From assembly GCA_031835245.2 (NCBI GenBank), contig JAVKOQ020000035.1, positions 124,001 to 188,000 on the forward strand: 64,000 nucleotides of DNA, in the 5' to 3' direction. How positions within the stretch are numbered: the first letter of the stretch is position 1; the number at the start of each line of letters is the position of its first letter. This DNA comes from Balamuthia mandrillaris. Taxonomy: Eukaryota. Shown piece after piece: positions 52,846 to 64,000 of this stretch. The notes under the pieces are model-generated. The model was given only the letters and a program-made list of their open reading frames with translations. It searched no databases and had not been told where the DNA came from. The translations under genes and the position numbers were made by a program.

Positions 52846-53028
52846 TAACCTCTTTTCTTTTTTTTCTTCTGTCTCTCTACGTCTCTATCTCTCTATCTCT
52901 CTACGTCTCTATCTCCCTATCCCTCTTCTCTCTTCTCCCTCTTCGCTCGTTGCCCGGTCACCCTTTCCAACTTTCAATCTATTCCTGTTTAATGTTTAGA
53001 GGGACCTTCCTCAACGCTATTTTGTTGT

Positions 53029-53288
53029 TCACCTACCACCCTTTGCTTCTTCATTGCCCCTGCTGCTTCTTCCTTTTCCAACTGGGATTCACGGCCTGGG
53101 TCATGCGCTGAAGGTAAGGTTGGACCTGCGGGACATGTTGCAGGATGTACTCTCCGGTGGGTTCCTCCTCGGCAGAGACCAAAGCGCCGTACACGTAAAA
53201 GTCGACAAAGTCTGGCTTGTCACCTCCAAAGAATGGTTTGTCTCCTGTGCGTTGTTTTTGTGTTTTAGTTTTTAAAACAAAAAGAAAC

Positions 53289-53340
<52 letters not shown>

Positions 53341-54908
53341 GAACCTAAGATCTCAATCCAGTTGCCAACCTCCTTAGCGAGAGCGGAGCGAAGATCCTCG
53401 CCATAGATGTGCTTGATGTGTTTGCGACTGTACCTGTTTTGGTTGCGAAGACTAGTCGCATACCAGAACGGCAGCCAAAACCTTTCCCACCACGTAAAAC
53501 TTTCTTCCTATGGTTTTAAAAGTCAAATTGTAAACATTAAAGAAAAGACCAGAGAGGAAACAAAATATCAGAAGATAGGGACCTCTTTGATGGAACGAAT
53601 GGCCAAACGACTTTGCTTCCAGGTGGTGAAGCGATTCACCGAAATGAGCGGCAACAATTGCGCTTCCACGCGTTGAATGAGGCCCAGTTCTTTCTCTCGT
53701 TTCTGTGCGTTGGCCGTTTTCAGCTCTTGCAAGTTTTTGTGGAAGAGGTGTTGTCTCATCTTTTGTTTGGAAGAAGGCTGTCCTTCCGCATTTTCATTCG
53801 TCGTATTTTGTTCCTGTGAAGAAGACGCTTCAAGTTGTTGGTTGGCGAGACGAGCCGCTTCTTGAATGGACAACACGTTTTCCAAAAGTTCCATAATTTC
53901 TCTTGCTGTCTCCACTTGTGCCTGTTTGTGTAAAAAGTGAGTAAAGGAACAACAGAAAGAAAAAAGGAACATCACAAAAAAAAGAGAAAACAGAAAATAA
54001 CCTCTCCAATGATGGCAAGCGGGAGGATAACAGCCTTGCGATCTCTTTCGAGGAACGACAACTGCCTCCTGTTTACGGGATTCAGCTCCTTCACTTCATA
54101 GGGAATGCCATTATAGTCCATCATTGCTCGCACTGCGTTATCACCGCGACACATTTTTTTAAAAAAAAAAAACCACAACTTATTTGCTTCGGAACATAAG
54201 AACAAACCTTGTTTAGTGGCGGGAGAGTGATCCAGCTGAAACAATGTAACTTTGGGCAACTCGTTTGACTTTATCTGCGTTTCATAGGATGGGGTAACGC
54301 AACAAACAAGAAAAAGGAAAGGAGCGGTTAGTCTTCAAGAGAGAAAGAGAAGAGCGAACGAGAGAACGAGAAACCAAGAGAAGAGAGAACCTGAAAAGCG
54401 GTTGTGGGTTTAGGCTTTTTGGCCTCAAACTTGTTGCCTCGGATCATGTAGGTGGCAAAAGCAGTTGCTGTTATCGTCCCCCACAACAAAGCAAACAGAA
54501 ACACACGTCAGAGGAGGGAAAAGTGAAGCGAAACATAGAAGAGAGGCAGAAAGGAGAGAAGTACAAGAAGAGAGAGAGCGAGAGGGCAAGAGAGAGCGAG
54601 AGCGAGAGAAAGAGAAAGAGAAAGAGAAAGAGAAAGAGAAAGAGGAAGAGGAAGAGGAAGAGGAAGAGAAAGAGGAAGAGAAAGAGAAAGAGGAACGACG
54701 AAAGATAAACGACGAAAGATAAACGACGAAAGAGAAAGAGGAACGACGAACGAGAAACGACGAACGAGAAACGACGAAAGAGAAAGAGGAACGACGAAAG
54801 AGAAACGACGGAAGAGGAAGAGAAACGACGGAAGAGGAAAAGGAAGAGAAACGACGGAAGAGGAAGAGGAAGAGAAACGACGGAAGAGGAAGAGGAAGAG
54901 GAAGAGAA

Positions 54909-54957
<49 letters not shown>

Positions 54958-55167
54958 CAGGGCAGCAGAAAAGGGTGGTAGCAGAAGAAGAGAGAAGCAG
55001 AGACGAGCAATGAGAGAGAACAACAAAGGGAAGACAGGGAGGGAGAACGAAAGTCGTACCAACGATGAGAAACGGCCAAGCGTGTTTCCAAATGTCCTTT
55101 TTTTCAGCCACCGTTACACTCTCCAGTTCTCTTTTTGTGTTTTCTTTTTATGAGACGAGAGGGAGGA

Positions 55168-55199
<32 letters not shown>

Positions 55200-55208
55200 A
55201 CAAAGATG

Positions 55209-55244
<36 letters not shown>

Positions 55245-55562
55245 AAGAGGAGTAAATCAATACCGAAAGTTTTTAGAGGAAGTACTGAGGAACCGTCTTT
55301 GCGGTAGCAGCGGAGGAGCACAGAAAGGACGTCGGCTCCTGGCCAGCAAAGGAGCGGCACGAAAAGAAGCCGCAACACCCCGCTGGGAAGCGCTCTGCGG
55401 AAGCGAAAGGGGAGAAAAAGACAAAGAACGGATCGCCAAACTGAAGGGTGATCTTACGCTGCTGGTGCAGGCGGAAGGAAGTCGCGAACCCACTGCGGTC
55501 CGTGAAGCCCGCGAGACGTTCGTTGTGGCCATCATCATCATCTTCGTCGATCCGTTCCACAT
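53029..55562 (-). CDS. PTGES2: Prostaglandin E synthase 2-like glutaredoxin/GST-fold protein, mitochondrial, lacking CxxC
   Basis: Targeting peptide plus TM, then LFQLDHSPATKQ|VRAMMDYNGIPYEVKELNPV...LPLISVNRFTTW...LRSALAKEVGNWIEIL|GDKPFFGGDKPDFVDFYVYGAL, which aligns to mPGES-2. Confidence 0.75.
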
Positions 55563-55712
55563 TTCTTTCTTTCTGTTTTGTTTGGCTGAGGAGTCGTAAG
55601 ATAAAACGATCACATATTGACCAATCAAAATTCAAATTTTAAATTAATATTTTCTATATTTGGTAATCATTATGATCGACGTGAGAGATTTTATACAATT
55701 TTTTTTCTTTCG

Positions 55713-57074
55713 TTAAGAAGAAGGAAGAAAAGAAGAAGAAGAAGAAGACGAAGAAGAAGAAGGCGATAGTCCTAGGAACGACCGTTGTTGAAAGAGAGAA
55801 ATCGGAGAAGGTGAGGAGGATGGAGAGCGAAGAGAGAGAGAAGGCGGCACGGCAAAGGTGGCGTGGATCCAAGGCGCGTTGCTCCCTTGTTGCGCGGTGG
55901 GGGAGATGGTGACAACGGACCTCGTTTTGTGGATAGATCCGGGAGAAGCGTTTTGTTGGTCCGCTTCTGCTTCGTAATGTTGAGAGAAGATGTTGGTGTC
56001 GTTGTTGCTATAGTTATTGTTGTTGAGAGTTGCTGCAAATATGTTGGAAGAAGGAGAGGAAGAAGATGAAGAACCCCTGGTTGCTTTTGTGGATGCTTGC
56101 GATGGTGATGAATGTTGAAATAGAGACTCCAATTCTTTCACTTTTTTTGTTGTTGTTTTGGTGTGGTGAATGAAAAAGGACAAATAGAAAAGAAACATAA
56201 GGAAGGAGAGAGAAGGAAGAAGAGAGAAGGGAGAAGGGAGAAGGGAGAAGGGAGGAGAGAAGGGAGAAGAGAGAAGAGAGAAGAGAGAAGAGAGAAGAGA
56301 GAAGAGATGTACATGCAGAGGCTCGAAGTTGTTGATAGAGAAGCAGCCGTTTGCACTTTCCGATGCACATATAGTATTGAACTCTTCTTCCACGTTTTTC
56401 CTCTAAGATATGTCGAGGAAGTGATGGATGGTTAGACATAGCAGAGAAATAGGAAGGTAAGAGAAACACACACAAAGCAAGATGGAAACGCCAAGAGGGA
56501 ACAAAAGGAAGAAAGAAGGAAGACAAGAACAACAGAAAAGAGAAAGCAAAAGCAGAAGGGAAAAAAAAAGTAAGAACACAAAAACCAAACCAGAAGAACA
56601 AAGAGGCGGTAAGCTAGGCACTGCCAACAACACTTCCGGAAACTGCCTAACCAACCAACCTCTGGTCTTTTTCCTCTTTGCTCCTTTTACATTCCCATAA
56701 TCGTGATCACCCTCCTTCTCGCCGTTTCTGTCGAGCGGATCCTGCTTCTTCATCAGCAACAGCTTCTTCTTCTTCGCTGCAACGTTCTTCTTCACCACCG
56801 TCGCTTTCGCTGCCGTTGCCCTCTTCTTTGGGGCGTTGTTGACGTTAGCAGCAGTGACTTCTCCTGTCGATTTGAGCGGCTTTCGCTTGGCGGTGGGAGG
56901 CGTTGCGGCCGTCGTGGCCGTCGTCGTTCGTTTGGGGAGGGGCTTCTTGCTCGTCTGTGTGTTTGTTGAGGCCCATTGTTGTGGTTGTTGTTTGGCGTTG
57001 GGGAGCAAACTTTTCTGTTTGGCTCTCTCTTGCGATTGGATTTGTTCTTTGCCTTTTGCTACATTTTTTTTTAG

Positions 57075-57108
<34 letters not shown>

Positions 57109-57402
57109 GAGAGAAGAGAAGAGAAAGTAAAGTGTGTGTGTGGTTTGTTTGAAAAGAAGAAGTAGGAGGAAGAGAGGTCACTGCGCACCTTCAGCGGCAC
57201 GCACGGCGTTCACGATGAAGCGATTGGCGGCGGCACGGTCCAGGCGCAGGCGGCTGGGTCGTTGTTGAGCTTCTGGGATGGGGAGCTCCTCCTCTGCCTC
57301 TGCCTCAGGCTCCGCCTCGACCCTCCGGGTGGCACGGAACGTCGTCGAAGGACCTGGGAGGCTGCTCTGCTTGCTGGCCGACAGAGAGGCAAAGATCGAC
57401 AT
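55713..57402 (-). CDS. Hypothetical basic low-complexity protein (4 exons, probably nuclear)
   Basis: ATG at 57402 and GT-AG-bounded exons with Lys-rich stretches (AAKKKKLL, KRKKTR). No recognisable domain, and internal splice points are uncertain. Confidence 0.55.
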
Positions 57403-57448
57403 CCAATCTTTTCTTTCTTCTTCGAAACTTTTTTCTTTCTCTTTTTAA

Positions 57449-57618
57449 TGTCGACATCCACTTTAAAACGACACGGTAGATTCGGGAGAAGCACAAATGC
57501 CGTATTATAATGTCCACCTATTGGAAGGGAAGATAAACAGATGTCGACAGGACTATATCTGGTTCTTTTCTTTCATCTTCAAAATTTTTCTGTCGACACA
57601 AACCTCAATGACGACACG
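57449..57618. promoter_or_regulatory. Three TGTCGACA palindromes plus one ATGACGACACG in a divergent promoter
   Basis: TGTCGACA at 57449, 57542 and 57591; ATGACGACACG at 57608-57618. Confidence 0.65.
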
Positions 57619-58022
57619 AAGAACTTCGTGTAGCACATGTGATTCGGAAGAAGCAAAAACCTGTCCTTTTGATGTCCAAAGAGGATCAACGGAAGCAGAC
57701 GCACTGTTGCCAGGACAATATCGGATGGGTGGGCCTTCCAGATCATTAAAAGCGCGAAGTTTCCATGAGGGTTCAAAACTGTCTGCATTATATCTACTTT
57801 TGGAAAGTATGTTCCGATCGTGATTGATCTCACCCAAAGAAAAAAGAAAGAAAGAAACAAAAAATTCTTTTCAGCGTTTTTCATTCTCCCTTTCTTCCTC
57901 CCTTTCTTCTTTTGTTTGTTGGTTGTCCCCACCACCAAAGAATCCTCCCCTCCCCCTTCCCTTCCCTTCCTCTTTTTGAAAAAAAAAAGAAAAAAACAAA
58001 AACAAAAACAGGCCAAAGCAAG

Positions 58023-59404
58023 ATGAGCACCACCACCTGGAGACAAAGCCCCATTCTTGCTGTCAGCACTCCACAAGTACGATTTTTTGTGTGCACTCGC
58101 TTCTTCATCTTCACTTTGGTTAGAGAGCTTAACTCCATTTTTTATTCCCCCCCCCCCCAATGCGCGACTAAAAAGTATTTCGGAGAGGCAGACTTTCCTC
58201 CGCTCTCAACCTCCGCTTCGGAGCCCGCTGCTTCCGCTGAGGCTGCTCTCTCCGACCACGAGCTCGCTCTCCGTCTGCAACGTCAGTTCGACCTGGAGGA
58301 GCATCAAGAGAGCTTTGACCCAGGCATCCACTACGAGGAGGAGGAGTATGAGGAGGAGGCCGAAGAGCGAACACGAGATGCCGACGAGGAGAACGCCAAG
58401 AGCAAAGAGGAGAGTGTTGCTGCGGCTGCGGTGGAGGTGAGCGAGGGTGGTCATGAGGAGAATGACCTGGACGCGGACCTGGCGTTTGCGCTCTCCCTGC
58501 AGTCTCGCTTTGAGGAGGAGGCCCTGTTGGAAGCGCAGCAAAGACGCTATACTTCTCCCTATGAAAAAGGTTTTCTTTCTTCTCTCTCTCTCTCTCTCTT
58601 CTCTCTCTCTTCTCTTTCTCTCTCTTCTCTTTCTCTCTCTTCTCTCTGCTCTTTCTCTCTCTCTCCTCTCTCTCGTTAGCGTTCCTCTTCTCTCCTCTTC
58701 TGTTTGCTTCGTAGTTCTCTTCTTTTCTTTGTCCACCAGCTATTGTGCTGTCTTCTTTTCTTCTCCTTTTCTCTCCCTCCCCTCTTCCTCTCACTTCTTG
58801 TCTCTGTTCTCGCTGCTCTTCTTCCTCAAAGATTAACGTACGCAAACAACTACAGTGACGTCGGTATCCCTTCCAAAGGCATACGGCTCCTACGAAGACT
58901 CTTTGCTTTACTCCAACACCGAGGACAGTCAATACGACGACCAGGAAGATGAGGAGGAGGACTCTGACTTTGAGGCCGAGTACAACGAGCGCTTCAACAA
59001 TCCTCACGCTCCCACTTTGTGCAAGCCTCATCACACGGTGGTAAAGACACAGGGAAGGAGACCTTCTGGTGCCGTGGCTGCTGAGAGAAGACCTCTTCCG
59101 GAGATCATCACAAAGCATGATCCTATCATCGCTGGCATCAACAATGCTCAAAAGATCGAAAGGGTTGGTTGTCTTCTTATTCTGCTTCTTCGTGCTTCCT
59201 TGTGCTTCCTAACGAAAAAAACTTTATAGTACATTGATTCCGGTGATATGAGAAGCATGAAAGTAGGTACTACCGCCTACAATGCACTGAAGAAGGACAC
59301 TGCTCGTGGTGAAGTGGAGCGAATGCGTAAACGTGGCAATAAGAAAGATGAAAGCCATCACGAATCTGTTATGGATCAGCCCACTCGAATGATCCTGTAT
59401 AAGG

Positions 59405-59441
<37 letters not shown>

Positions 59442-60759
59442 CGCTCTCTCTCCCCTTTCTAACCTTCTCCTCTTATACCTTATTTTTACTCTCTTCGTTT
59501 TCTTTTTTAAAACGAAAGATGATCAATTCTGGACTTTTGGATGAATTGAACGGAGTTGTTAGCACTGGAAAGGAGTCTCATGTGTTCCATGCTGTTGCTG
59601 GCTCTTTCGAGTTTGTTCTTCGCTCTTTCTCATCACACTTTTTTTCTTCTCCACTCTTTACCATTGCTCTCTCGTGTCATCTTAACGACTTTTCTTTTAG
59701 TGAAATAGAAGACTTAAAGAAAGGAGAAGAACTAGCCGTAAAGATTTTCAACATGGACATGAACCAAAAGTTTAAGGACCGGACCAAATACGTGGACGGC
59801 GAGCGGCGCTACCGCCACGTGCCCACCCAGAACAGCCGCAAGGCCATCAAAGTTTGGGCCGAGAAGGAGCTGCGCAACCTCAACCGCCTCCAGCACGGGG
59901 GCATCCTTTCGCCTCGTCCCATTTTGCTTCGCAACAACGTCTTGTTGATGAGCTTTGTAGGTAAAGGAGGAGTGGCGGCGCCACGGCTGAAGGACGCCAA
60001 GCTCTCCATGGATAAGCTGCATGAAGCCTACATGCAGTGCATCCTGATGATGCGCAAGATGTATCAGGAGTGTAATTTGGTTCATGCCGATCTCTCCGAG
60101 TATAACATCCTGTACGTTCTTTCTACTCTCTCTCTTCTCTCTCTCTCTCTCAATCTCTGCTGCCTCTTTCTTTCTTCTTTTAATAACAAGTTATCCAACA
60201 AATAAATAGATACCATCGACACAAGCTTTGGTTCATTGATGTATCACAGGCGATAGAGAAGGACCACGAGAACGCGTTCGACTTTCTGCGGCGGGACTGC
60301 TCCGTCATCACCAAGTTCTTCCGCAAGAACGGCGTTCGCACGGCGATGACCACTCGCGAATTGTTCGACTTTATCACGGACGAAAGCATTACGGCCGAAA
60401 ACATAGATGATTACCTGGAAAAGATGCAAGAGAAAATAGTGGCGAGGTTGGAGAGCGGGCAGGAGCCTACCTACGAAGAGGAGCTGGAGTCAGCGGTATT
60501 CGATAAGATTTTCATCCCACGCAGGTTGAGCGAGGTGAAGCATCCTGCACGAGAGATCGACGAGACAAAGATGGGAAGTTCTCCGCTGGTTCACAGCGCA
60601 GTGACCGGGCTGCGAAGCGATTTGAGCGGTATCAACGACACTCCAGAGTTGTTGTACAGAGCAGAACTTGAACGACGAACGGAAGAAGAAAGTGATGGCG
60701 ACGACGATGGAGATGAGGAAGAAAGCGAAGATGATGAGGGGGAGGAGCTAGATGAGTGA
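58023..60759 (+). CDS. RIOK3: RIO-family atypical kinase with RIOK3-like N-terminus
   Basis: Kinase motifs GVVSTGKESHVFHA, LAVKIF, WAEKELRNL, LVHADLSEYNIL, IDVSQAIE. N-terminal DHELALRLQRQFD and DADLAFALSLQSRF motifs, and IITKHDP. Confidence 0.8.
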
Positions 60760-60843
60760 CATCGTTTCCATTCTTTCTCCTCTCTTTTTTGTTCATTTTT
60801 GTAAACTTTATCTTCGTTCTTTCTCTTTGTTAAAAAGTTCAAA

Positions 60844-62429
60844 CTACATGGCAATGCGAAACCGAAGACCATCGTAAGCAAAAGAGACGTCCAGGCCTTC
60901 ACTCTCTTTTAGAGTTTGCATCTCAGCCTCGTGCTGGTCGTATTCTATGTCGTGGTTCATTCCCACAAAGTAGGTCTTCTTGGGACGAAGGCGACGTACC
61001 TCCTCCAAGCTTTCTTTAACAGTGAGATGAGAGTTGAAGCCTTCTCCTGGGCTTATCGCATCCAACACGAGTACATCCAGGCCTTCCTGTTTTTTGGGGA
61101 AGTTGGTTGGCGAAGGAAGACAACGCACTCGAACAGACGAAGAAAGAGGAATGATAGAAGAAGAAATGAAGAACGAAAGAATGAACGAGACAGAAGAGAC
61201 ACGAACCAACAAGGAGGCAGCAGACTCAGGAATGGCAGAACAATCCGATATGTAGGCGATGTTGCCAAACCGAAAGCCAAGGCAGGTGTAGGGCTGCCCT
61301 TTGGCCGTTCCATGATGCACCTCAATGGGCATCACGCTCAACCCTCCTCCAACCTCAAAGGCTGTGTTTGGTTGTATCACATTGAAGGTCAGTGAGGCAA
61401 CATATCCTGATCCAGTTGCCTGTGTGTTTTGAAGAGCAAATGAGGAATAGGAAGGGAAGGAGCAGAAGCAGGAGGAAAGAGGAAAGAGGAAAGAGAAGAG
61501 GAAGAGGAAGAGGGAAGAGCTTACTTTGCGAGAATCAACAAGGTAGGGAAATACGCGTGAGAGAGCATCGAGATCACGTTCTACCAAATAAATCGGGAGA
61601 TTGCTCTAAGAGAAAGAAAGAGAATAAGAACAGACTATCAAGAAGAACAGCAACAAAGAAAGAAGAAGAAAGAACAAGAAGAGCAAGAAAGAATAAGCAC
61701 AAGAAGAACAAAAAAGAGAAGCAGAGAAGAGAACAGAGCACGCAGCAGAGAATGAAGAATGAATTGCACATGTAAACATGAAGAAGAAAGAAGACAAAGA
61801 AGAAAAGAAGACAAAGAGGACGCTATGAACAAGAAGAGCATAACGAGAGTCGAGAAAGGAGAGGAGAGAAAGAGAAAAAGCAAGGTAAAGAAGAGGCAGA
61901 GCCAAAAAAAAAAAACGAACGGTATGGCGGGTCCATTCGCGCAAGTCATCGAGCCCCAACGTGGCATCAGCATGGTCGTGCGTGAGCAGCACGGCATCCA
62001 ACGACTTCACCTTATACTTTATCATCCATCGCAGCGACGCTTCTCTAACGATAAATAAATAATTAAAATTTGTTTTCATCAAAAAATAAAAATAAATACC
62101 AACCGAAAGGACTTTCCGCAGTCGATCAAAACGTTGTACACTTTGCTTCTCTTCGCTGTGATACCGTCGCTTCTTCCTCCTTCTTCCTCTGCTTCTTCCG
62201 GCAAGAAGCTTCTGAAGCGAAACAACAGGCTGGTGTTGAGGCGCCTGTTCTTGCTGTCCGGGTTCTCGTGGGCATCGTCGCAAACGCGGCAGGTTCGAGG
62301 CTCGGCCAACAAGCAGGACGGCCGCGGCACCATCCCCGAAGAGCCCGTCCCCATGAAGACCACCTCCCACTCGTTCTCGTGGAGCTCATCCTCACGGCGG
62401 CGATCTGCTTCTTCTTTGTTGTTTTCCAT
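60844..62429 (-). CDS. Metallo-beta-lactamase-fold hydrolase (PhnP-like phosphodiesterase family)
   Basis: FMGTGSS, C..C...[63 protein letters not shown]. Confidence 0.92.
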
Positions 62430-62626
62430 TTTTTTACAAACTTTCTGAAATTTTCGACAATTTTCCTTTTTTACAACAAAATTTCAGAGAAAATGAAAAC
62501 TTCAGCGAAACTTGACAATAGAATTGAAAAATTAGGATTATTGATAAAAATCAGAGAATTTCGAATTATTGTTGCTAAAGAAATATTTTTTTTTGGAATG
62601 CAAAGCATGATTGTAATGCGAAGGAG

Positions 62627-64000
62627 TTACTTGTGGCGGAGGGTGATGTCCTCCAAGGTGCGGATCATCTCGTCCACCTCTTCAGGGCCGACATCCATCG
62701 CCAAGCTGCCTTTGCCTGTTCGTTTTTGATTTTTTTCAAAGGTGAATAAAGCAAGAAGGGAGAGAGAATGAGAGAAGGAGAGAGAGAGAGAGAAGGAGAG
62801 AGAGAGAAGGAGAGAGAGAAGGGGAGAGAGAAGGGGAGAGAGAGAAGGGGAGAGAGAGAAGGGGAGAGAGAGAAGGAGAGAGAGGGCACGAGAAGAGAAG
62901 CAAGAAGAGGGAGAGAGCACAAGAAAAGAAGCGAGAGAGAGAGAGAGAGAGAGAGAGAGCAAAATAGAAACTAACGTGTGGTAAGAGGAATTTTAGGGCT
63001 GGCCGTGACGAATGCTGCTTCGCACTTGATGTGGTTAATGCCTGACTTTTCCGTCCAAACAATATGTGCTAATTTTTTTTGTTTGTTTGTTGTGAAGAAA
63101 TTAAGTCAGGCAATGCGTTAAAAAAAAACCAAAAGAAAGACAAAGAAGCATACCCAAGTTCTTGGCAACGCCCAAGCCGCTTTCATCGTGATAGTCGTTT
63201 CGACGAATGGCGTCTCTTGCTTTTTCGTCCATCTTGGTTTGGTTTTTTTTTTGTTGTTTGTTTAATTGTTGAGAGAGAAGAGAGAGAACGAGAGAGAGAA
63301 ACGTACCTCACGTCGAGTGGTTTCGATGACGTGCTTCTCAAAGGTGAGCAGCACGTTGTGGTCATTGCCTGTGTTGAAGATGGTCTCCAGCTTAACGCCA
63401 TGTTCCAATTGTTTTGGAGGAGCGAATCCAGCCAATCGACTAGTAGTTTATCAATAAGAATAAATGAATAAACAAACGAAAAAAGTTAGCGAATAATGTC
63501 ATAGACCAAGGGAAAGAGAAAGAATGATATACTTGTATTCTTCAGCAGCACATGCGTTTGGATTCTGCGTTTTTTTTTTTGTTTGTTTGTTTGTTGAGTT
63601 AACAAGACAGAACGAGAAAATAGAACAACAAGCAAGTAAGGCAGCAAAGCAACTTACATAATGAATGAAACGTTCCCATTGTCCATTCTCTTGATTATAA
63701 TGACTAGACACAAACAGAATGCCAACATCTGTTTTGTTGTTTGTCTGCGTTAGCACAGGAAAAAAAAGCAGCTCTAAGATGGAGAAGAAATGGAGAAAGA
63801 TAAACGAACGTTGAACGTGGCAAGGGAACATAACGAGAATGGTGGTGGCTCCCAATCCAGCCTTGTTTTGTTCTTCATACTCGAACAGGCGTTCTCCTAA
63901 CTTGATCAGAATGTCGCTGATGTAACGAATGGCGTGTGTGTTGGCCTCATCGAGCATCACGTGATAGTTCACATCATCTTGCAGAGCCAAAACACATAAT
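62627..64000 (-). CDS. 3' part of a multi-exon gene of unknown function (5' end outside the window)
   Basis: At least seven short GT-AG exons join in frame: DDVNYHVMLDEANTHAIRY...FPCHVQ-HVGILFVSSHYNQENGQWERFIHY-NPNACAAEEY-NRLAGF...-MDEKARDAIRRNDYHDESGLG...-...EDITLRHK*. Confidence 0.7.

Noticed and set aside
57497..57823. 108-aa ORF in the divergent promoter before the RIO kinase
   Set aside because: It overlaps the promoter motif cluster and has no recognisable domain or coding-like composition.
63940..63980. NYHVMLDE resembling the Argonaute/PIWI YHVLxDE motif
   Set aside because: The downstream exons lack PIWI C-terminal features such as the PxPxxYAH motif.

Overview
Gene-dense, intron-rich eukaryotic nuclear DNA, not prokaryotic. 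Spliceosomal GT-AG introns are packed with (CT)n, (CTT)n and (CTTGTT)n microsatellites, which produce most of the long low-complexity ORFs in the track. Gene content and intron style suggest a free-living amoebozoan of the Acanthamoeba/Balamuthia type; this is inference only. I can reconstruct about 27 genes: TRM10-like tRNA methyltransferase, U11/U12 snRNP 48K-like, ACAD8, a family-16 methyltransferase, mitochondrial HslV, three tandem Frizzled/Smoothened-like GPCRs, SKA3, RasGEF, intronless cytosolic Hsp70, SLC35F/EamA transporter, NADH-glutamate synthase, FAR-17a/rolling-stone-like protein, PPR protein, D-cysteine desulfhydrase/ACC deaminase-like enzyme, GATA factor, PH-like protein, lipoyl-less E3BP/PDHX, PTGES2-like, RIOK3-like kinase, PhnP-like MBL hydrolase and several unknowns. 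There is also a frameshifted ankyrin pseudogene. The strongest unexplained signal is a pair of related DNA motifs sharing a TG(A/T)CGAC core: the palindrome TGTCGACA (9 perfect copies) and the 11-mer ATGACGACRYG (6 perfect copies, twice as inverted pairs). By eye, perfect copies occur only in intergenic DNA upstream of start codons, which suggests a lineage-specific promoter code. Other notable items are an inverted 3' splice-site architecture (A-rich between branch point and AG), a U11-48K homolog lacking its CHHC zinc finger, and several apparent pseudoenzymes. All exon coordinates were read by eye and no database searches were run.
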